Origin: a virus
Lineage: Duplodnaviria > Caudoviricetes
Virus record (IMG/VR): IMGVR_UViG_3300033232_000081
Span: 1 to 39,085 of that record
Strand: one strand, 5' to 3'
DNA: 39,085 nt
This document shows positions 34,921 through 39,085 of the stretch, in pieces (the first letter of the stretch is position 1; each line of letters opens with the position of its first letter). The position numbers were made by a program, and so were the translations under genes. The notes under the pieces are model-generated. The model was given only the letters and a program-made list of their open reading frames with translations, was not told where the DNA came from and made no database searches.

Positions 34921-36297
34921 ATGAGGAACAATATGTTAGAAAATGAAATATTTAATTGTGATAGTTTAGAATTTCTAAAAAAGTTTCCGGACTACCATTT
35001 TGATTTAAATTTCTCTGACCCTCCATATGGACTTGGTTCTGAAATAATAATTGATTCAAATGGAAAACCAAATTATTCTAAATTAAGTGATATTACAAAT
35101 GACTGGAAAATGCCAGATGGTGAATATTGGGAAGAATGGTTCAAGGAATCATTCAGAATTTCTAAATACGGTGGTAGAGTAATAATGTTTGGCATGGACA
35201 GACAACTCTTATTATTCAAATACTATGCAAAATTAGCAGGATTTTCAGAACAACAATCACTGTATTGGTATTTTATATCTAATTTTCCCAAATCTAGCAA
35301 TTTAAGTGCAAATATTGATAAAAATGCCGGCATTAAAAAAGATAGAATACAAATACGCGATTTTACTAATAATAATATAAGTTATGGTGAATATAAAGGG
35401 TTTGTTGATAGTAGATTTGAAAATAATAATATACCAATAACAGATTTAGCAAAAAAATATGCTGGATACAAATATTCAATCAGTCCATTGAAACAGACTA
35501 ATGAAACTATTATGGTATTTCAAAAACCATATAAATATGATTCATGTCTTCATGATACAATTAAATATGAAGATGGTGACAAAGAATGCTCTTGTGGTGC
35601 ATTAAATATTAATAATGGTAGAGTACCAACAGACGATAAATTAAATCAAAAGTTGACAATTAATAAAGGCACGGATATACTAAAATTTAGTAAAAGTAAA
35701 TTTAGAGGTTCAATCAATGATGATTATTTGTATGGTCGTTATCCAAGCCAAACATTTGTTGATTTGGATTGTGCAAATATCCTTGATTCACAAGCCGAAT
35801 CTAAATCAGATAATGAGATGGATAAAATATTTAAAAAAGATTCAAATACAAATTTTAACGGCAAAGGTGAATGCTCAAAAATACTTCATACCTGTAGATA
35901 TGAAACAGGTGAAATGGATTTGTATATATTTGATTCTAAAGTTAACAAACGCGAAAGAAATGATGGATGTGAAAATATTGAACAATTAGATGATTCAAAT
36001 ACATCACACAAAAATATTCATCCTACATTAAAACCAATATCACTTAATCATAAAATATTAGAATTATTTAAAACACCAAATAATCAAACAGTGATATATC
36101 CATTTGCAGGTGCTGGTTCTGAAATAATTGGTGGCATTGAAGTCGGGTTTGACAAGTGGTATGCATGCGAAATAAATTCAAAATATATTGAAATCGCAAA
36201 TGAAAGAATCAAACACTGGGATTACAAAAACGAAATAAAACAGAAAAAGATATCTATCATTGTTAATACGGATAAAGCACTAAGTGAGTGGATGTAA
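34921..36297 (+). CDS. Orphan amino-DNA methyltransferase (N6A/N4C, beta class)
   Basis: DPPY near the N-terminus; HPTLKP and PFAGAGS near the C-terminus. Confidence 0.9.
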   Translation: MRNNMLENEIFNCDSLEFLKKFPDYHFDLNFSDPPYGLGSEIIIDSNGKPNYSKLSDITNDWKMPDGEYWEEWFKESFRISKYGGRVIMFGMDRQLLLFKYYAKLAGFSEQQSLYWYFISNFPKSSNLSANIDKNAGIKKDRIQIRDFTNNNISYGEYKGFVDSRFENNNIPITDLAKKYAGYKYSISPLKQTNETIMVFQKPYKYDSCLHDTIKYEDGDKECSCGALNINNGRVPTDDKLNQKLTINKGTDILKFSKSKFRGSINDDYLYGRYPSQTFVDLDCANILDSQAESKSDNEMDKIFKKDSNTNFNGKGECSKILHTCRYETGEMDLYIFDSKVNKRERNDGCENIEQLDDSNTSHKNIHPTLKPISLNHKILELFKTPNNQTVIYPFAGAGSEIIGGIEVGFDKWYACEINSKYIEIANERIKHWDYKNEIKQKKISIIVNTDKALSEWM

Positions 36298-36298
36298 A

Positions 36299-37303
36299 AT
36301 GAACTATCTTGGAAACGAACAAGCAGTCACAATTTTTGACCAATATCTCAATCAATTTGGAAAAGAGAAGAATCGTGGCTTATTGCTTGTTGGTCGTCCT
36401 GGAATCGGCAAAACATTCTTGACTGCAACAATGGCTGAGAAATATGGATTAGAATATGATATTTTCAATGCTTCTGCCAAAAGGAGAAAAGAGGAAATCA
36501 AAAGAATTTATCTCCATACTCAGATGAAAGACTCCCGATTAATCGTTCTAGATGAGTGCGAGGGAATGAAGACCGCCGACCTCAAGAAACTAATTCAGAA
36601 ATCTAAACATCCAATAGTTCTCTGCAGCAACTTCATCGAAAGTATCGATTACTCAATAAAACAATTATGCCAGGTAATATCAATATCCAGACCACCGTGG
36701 TGGACATTCAAACAATACATGATAGAATACTCCACTAACCAAAATATTCCAATCGATACACCTATCCTTGATGGCTTAGCAAAGATATGTCAATCATATC
36801 GACATGCACAACGATTAGTTGAAGACCCAGATGATGAAGGAATTCCTGATTCATTATCAGAAATTGACCAAGTTGAATTATCTCTTCGAGGGCATCGAAT
36901 ACCACATTTTAACATGTCTCCCGATAAACTCATCAACTGGATTAATGATAATTCCAATGACCCAGACACAATTTCTAGAGCCGACATCATGTTAGAATAT
37001 TCTTATCTCAACTCATATCGATATTGGAAATATGCATACGGACTCCTCAACACCATCCGAAGTAATCAGCAAGTCTCATTTCCATCATCTTTCATCCGAA
37101 TGGGAAAAGTAAAGAAAGCACACAATGACTCCTCATCAGACATAGTAGCATCAGGAGCAGCAATACTCCTAACAGAATCCGACTTCGATACTATCCTTGA
37201 TGAGATAGACACAGAATATTCGCATATCATTGATGTTGAAGAAGATAAGATATTTGTAGATGAGCCTGTACCAGTAATAGCAGACATGGAGGAATGGATA
37301 TAA
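36299..37303 (+). CDS. rfcL: Replication factor C large subunit
   Basis: GRPGIGKT, FNASAKR, LDECE, PIVLCSN; acidic tail ending DMEEWI. Confidence 0.85.
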   Translation: MNYLGNEQAVTIFDQYLNQFGKEKNRGLLLVGRPGIGKTFLTATMAEKYGLEYDIFNASAKRRKEEIKRIYLHTQMKDSRLIVLDECEGMKTADLKKLIQKSKHPIVLCSNFIESIDYSIKQLCQVISISRPPWWTFKQYMIEYSTNQNIPIDTPILDGLAKICQSYRHAQRLVEDPDDEGIPDSLSEIDQVELSLRGHRIPHFNMSPDKLINWINDNSNDPDTISRADIMLEYSYLNSYRYWKYAYGLLNTIRSNQQVSFPSSFIRMGKVKKAHNDSSSDIVASGAAILLTESDFDTILDEIDTEYSHIIDVEEDKIFVDEPVPVIADMEEWI

Positions 37304-37566
37304 TGAAGAAAATTGGAAATGAATTATTGAAAATTTATACCGAAGAATATCAGTACGATAAATGTATTGAAGAACTTGCAGAATTGATTGTGGCACTCAG
37401 CCATAAAAAACAAAACCGTACCTATAATAGTATAGTATTGAATGAAATTGCGGATGTTGAAATATGTCTCGAAACAGTCAAACTGCTCTTAAATGATGCT
37501 GGAAATTATAATCAAATACTCAATGATAAATTAATAAGAATTAGACAACGTGAAGGATTGATTTGA
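37294..37566 (+). CDS. MazG-like nucleotide pyrophosphohydrolase
   Basis: IEELAEL...NEIADV. Confidence 0.8.
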   Translation: MDIMKKIGNELLKIYTEEYQYDKCIEELAELIVALSHKKQNRTYNSIVLNEIADVEICLETVKLLLNDAGNYNQILNDKLIRIRQREGLI

Positions 37567-37901
37567 TGGTCAGTGCGAAAAAGACTGGAAAGGATTTTGA
37601 AAAGCGAGTAGCAGAACGACTTGAATGTTGGGGAGCAGATTGTAGAGTAGTACCTTTTAGTGGTGCTGGAAAATATGAAAAAGGTGATATTCAATCAAGG
37701 ATATGTGGAATTGATTTCTTGATTGAATGTAAGAAAACGAGAGGAAAAGAGTCATGGACATTAGAACGAACAATGTTGGAAAAGATTGAAATGCAAGCAA
37801 AGAATGAGAACCGAGAACCATTACTCGTATTTGGATTCAATCATTCAAAACTATATTGTACTCTCCCATTAGAACAATTATTGAAATTATTATATAGGTG
37901 A
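37563..37901 (+). CDS. hjc: Holliday junction resolvase (Hjc-type PD-(D/E)xK)
   Basis: GKDFEKRVA, SGAG, GDI, IECKK. Confidence 0.85.
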   Translation: MMVSAKKTGKDFEKRVAERLECWGADCRVVPFSGAGKYEKGDIQSRICGIDFLIECKKTRGKESWTLERTMLEKIEMQAKNENREPLLVFGFNHSKLYCTLPLEQLLKLLYR

Positions 37902-37904
37902 TAA

Positions 37905-38126
37905 ATGAGAATAAATATAGCAGTATTAGGTTCAATCAGTGGAATGTTAGGAGCAACTTTTGTAGCAATAGAAAAACCATTTTGGGCTAATATAATATGG
38001 TTTATTGGAAATCCGCTACTAATATATCACAACTATAAAATACACGAGAAAGCACAAATGTATATGTTCGCATATTATATTGTATGCGCAACATTCGGAA
38101 TAATTTATCATTATATAGGAGAATAA
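37905..38126 (+). CDS. Small three-TM membrane protein
   Basis: Three hydrophobic segments; PnuC-fragment-like pattern. Confidence 0.6.
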   Translation: MRINIAVLGSISGMLGATFVAIEKPFWANIIWFIGNPLLIYHNYKIHEKAQMYMFAYYIVCATFGIIYHYIGE

Positions 38127-38129
38127 AAT

Positions 38130-39083
38130 ATGTTTCCAGATTTAAAAGATACAGATGAAGAGTTTTTAAATGGTGCAGTTCGGTCACTATATCAGATATT
38201 TGAAAGAAAATATGATGGTACTGCAGCAATGATATCTATCAAGGATGGTAAATTGACTATTTATGGCAGAGGAATATTAAAAGACGGTAGTCAACAGGAT
38301 TATACTGAAAAGTTTCCTGAATTACGAGATGAAATAATTAAGGGATGGTTTGATGATTGTGAAGTATTGGGCGAGATTGTGGTCTTTGAAGACCATGACC
38401 AAGAATCATTTAATATGCTTCAATCCAGAACAAATAGAACGACAGACATCGAGAAATATGCTGAAAAATATCCTGCAACATTCATAGCATTTGACATCAA
38501 AAGTTATGGTGGAAAGAATCTTGAAGATGTTCCATTCCGCCATCGAAGACGAATGTTAGCCGATTTAATACCAAAAATTCCATTTGTCATGATTATAAAA
38601 CAATATGATACACCAATAGATAAATCATCATTGATAATACAAATGAAAGAAAATAATTTTGAAGGCATCGTCATCAAAAGCGGTGGTGCAAACTGGGGTA
38701 AACAACAGTATAAATTTAAACCTGTATTAACAGAAGATGTGTTTTGGGATGGAGAATTTGTTCCTGGAAAGGGAAAGAACGAAGGACTAGTAGGTAGTCT
38801 TATTTGCTATCAATATGTTAATGGTTCAAAAATGGAAGTTGCAAAAGTTGGCGGCGGCATCAATGATATTCTTAGACGAGAATTGACCAGAATGGTAAAC
38901 GAGAAACTTATTACGAAAGATAAACCACAGACTATTGAAATCCAGGCACATGAACTATTAAAGTCTGGTAAAATGAGATATCCGCAATTTATTCGGTTCC
39001 GGTCTGATAAATCAGCAAAACAATGTACTCGAATCCTACAAGTTAATATTGATAATAATTCTGACCTGAATAAATGGATATAA
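38130..39083 (+). CDS. lig: ATP-dependent DNA ligase (compact)
   Basis: KYDG, LGEIV, FDI, EGIVIK, KFK, RYPQF..R.DK. Confidence 0.93.
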   Translation: MFPDLKDTDEEFLNGAVRSLYQIFERKYDGTAAMISIKDGKLTIYGRGILKDGSQQDYTEKFPELRDEIIKGWFDDCEVLGEIVVFEDHDQESFNMLQSRTNRTTDIEKYAEKYPATFIAFDIKSYGGKNLEDVPFRHRRRMLADLIPKIPFVMIIKQYDTPIDKSSLIIQMKENNFEGIVIKSGGANWGKQQYKFKPVLTEDVFWDGEFVPGKGKNEGLVGSLICYQYVNGSKMEVAKVGGGINDILRRELTRMVNEKLITKDKPQTIEIQAHELLKSGKMRYPQFIRFRSDKSAKQCTRILQVNIDNNSDLNKWI

Positions 39084-39085
39084 TC

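Noticed and set aside
1-39085. Integrase/att sites, inteins in PolB/RFC/TerL, tape-measure gene, specific host assignment
   Set aside because: None recognisable in this window; protein lengths leave no room for inteins; host cannot be narrowed beyond Archaea without searches

Overview
The window is most of the genome of a tailed (Caudoviricetes, HK97-fold) archaeal virus or provirus, arranged as two divergent arms. The archaeal assignment rests on PCNA, both RFC subunits, an AEP primase PriS/PriL fusion, XPF/Hef, Hjc, GGTGA-type SD sites and BRE/TATA promoters. The left arm (minus strand, 1-19.4 kb) carries virion genes: terS, terL, portal, MuF, prohead protease, scaffold, major capsid, small structural proteins and a tail fibre. 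It ends in a complete diversity-generating retroelement (RT, TR 1868-1987, VR 2061-2180; all 27 TR/VR mismatches fall at TR adenines; no avd seen). The right arm (plus strand, 20-39 kb) carries early genes and a near-complete replisome. The most striking unexplained signal is a 13-aa motif, K-G-G-(V/P)-G-S-G-(I/Q/V)-K-G-H-(R/T/K)-(T/S), always preceded by hydrophobic-X. It occurs 8 times (plus 1 partial) in five head-module proteins and precedes unrelated cargo segments: three ADP-ribosyltransferase-like domains, a HExxH zincin, a ParB/Srx-like domain and orphan domains. This suggests a protease-released virion cargo system built from exchangeable cassettes. Other highlights are a viral Csx16-like putative ring nuclease, a minimal tRNA-like RNA with tandem stems, an origin-like repeat region next to an AAA+/wHTH gene, and C-terminal PIP-like tails, including one on a DNA methyltransferase. 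All product calls come from motif recognition by eye; no database search was run.
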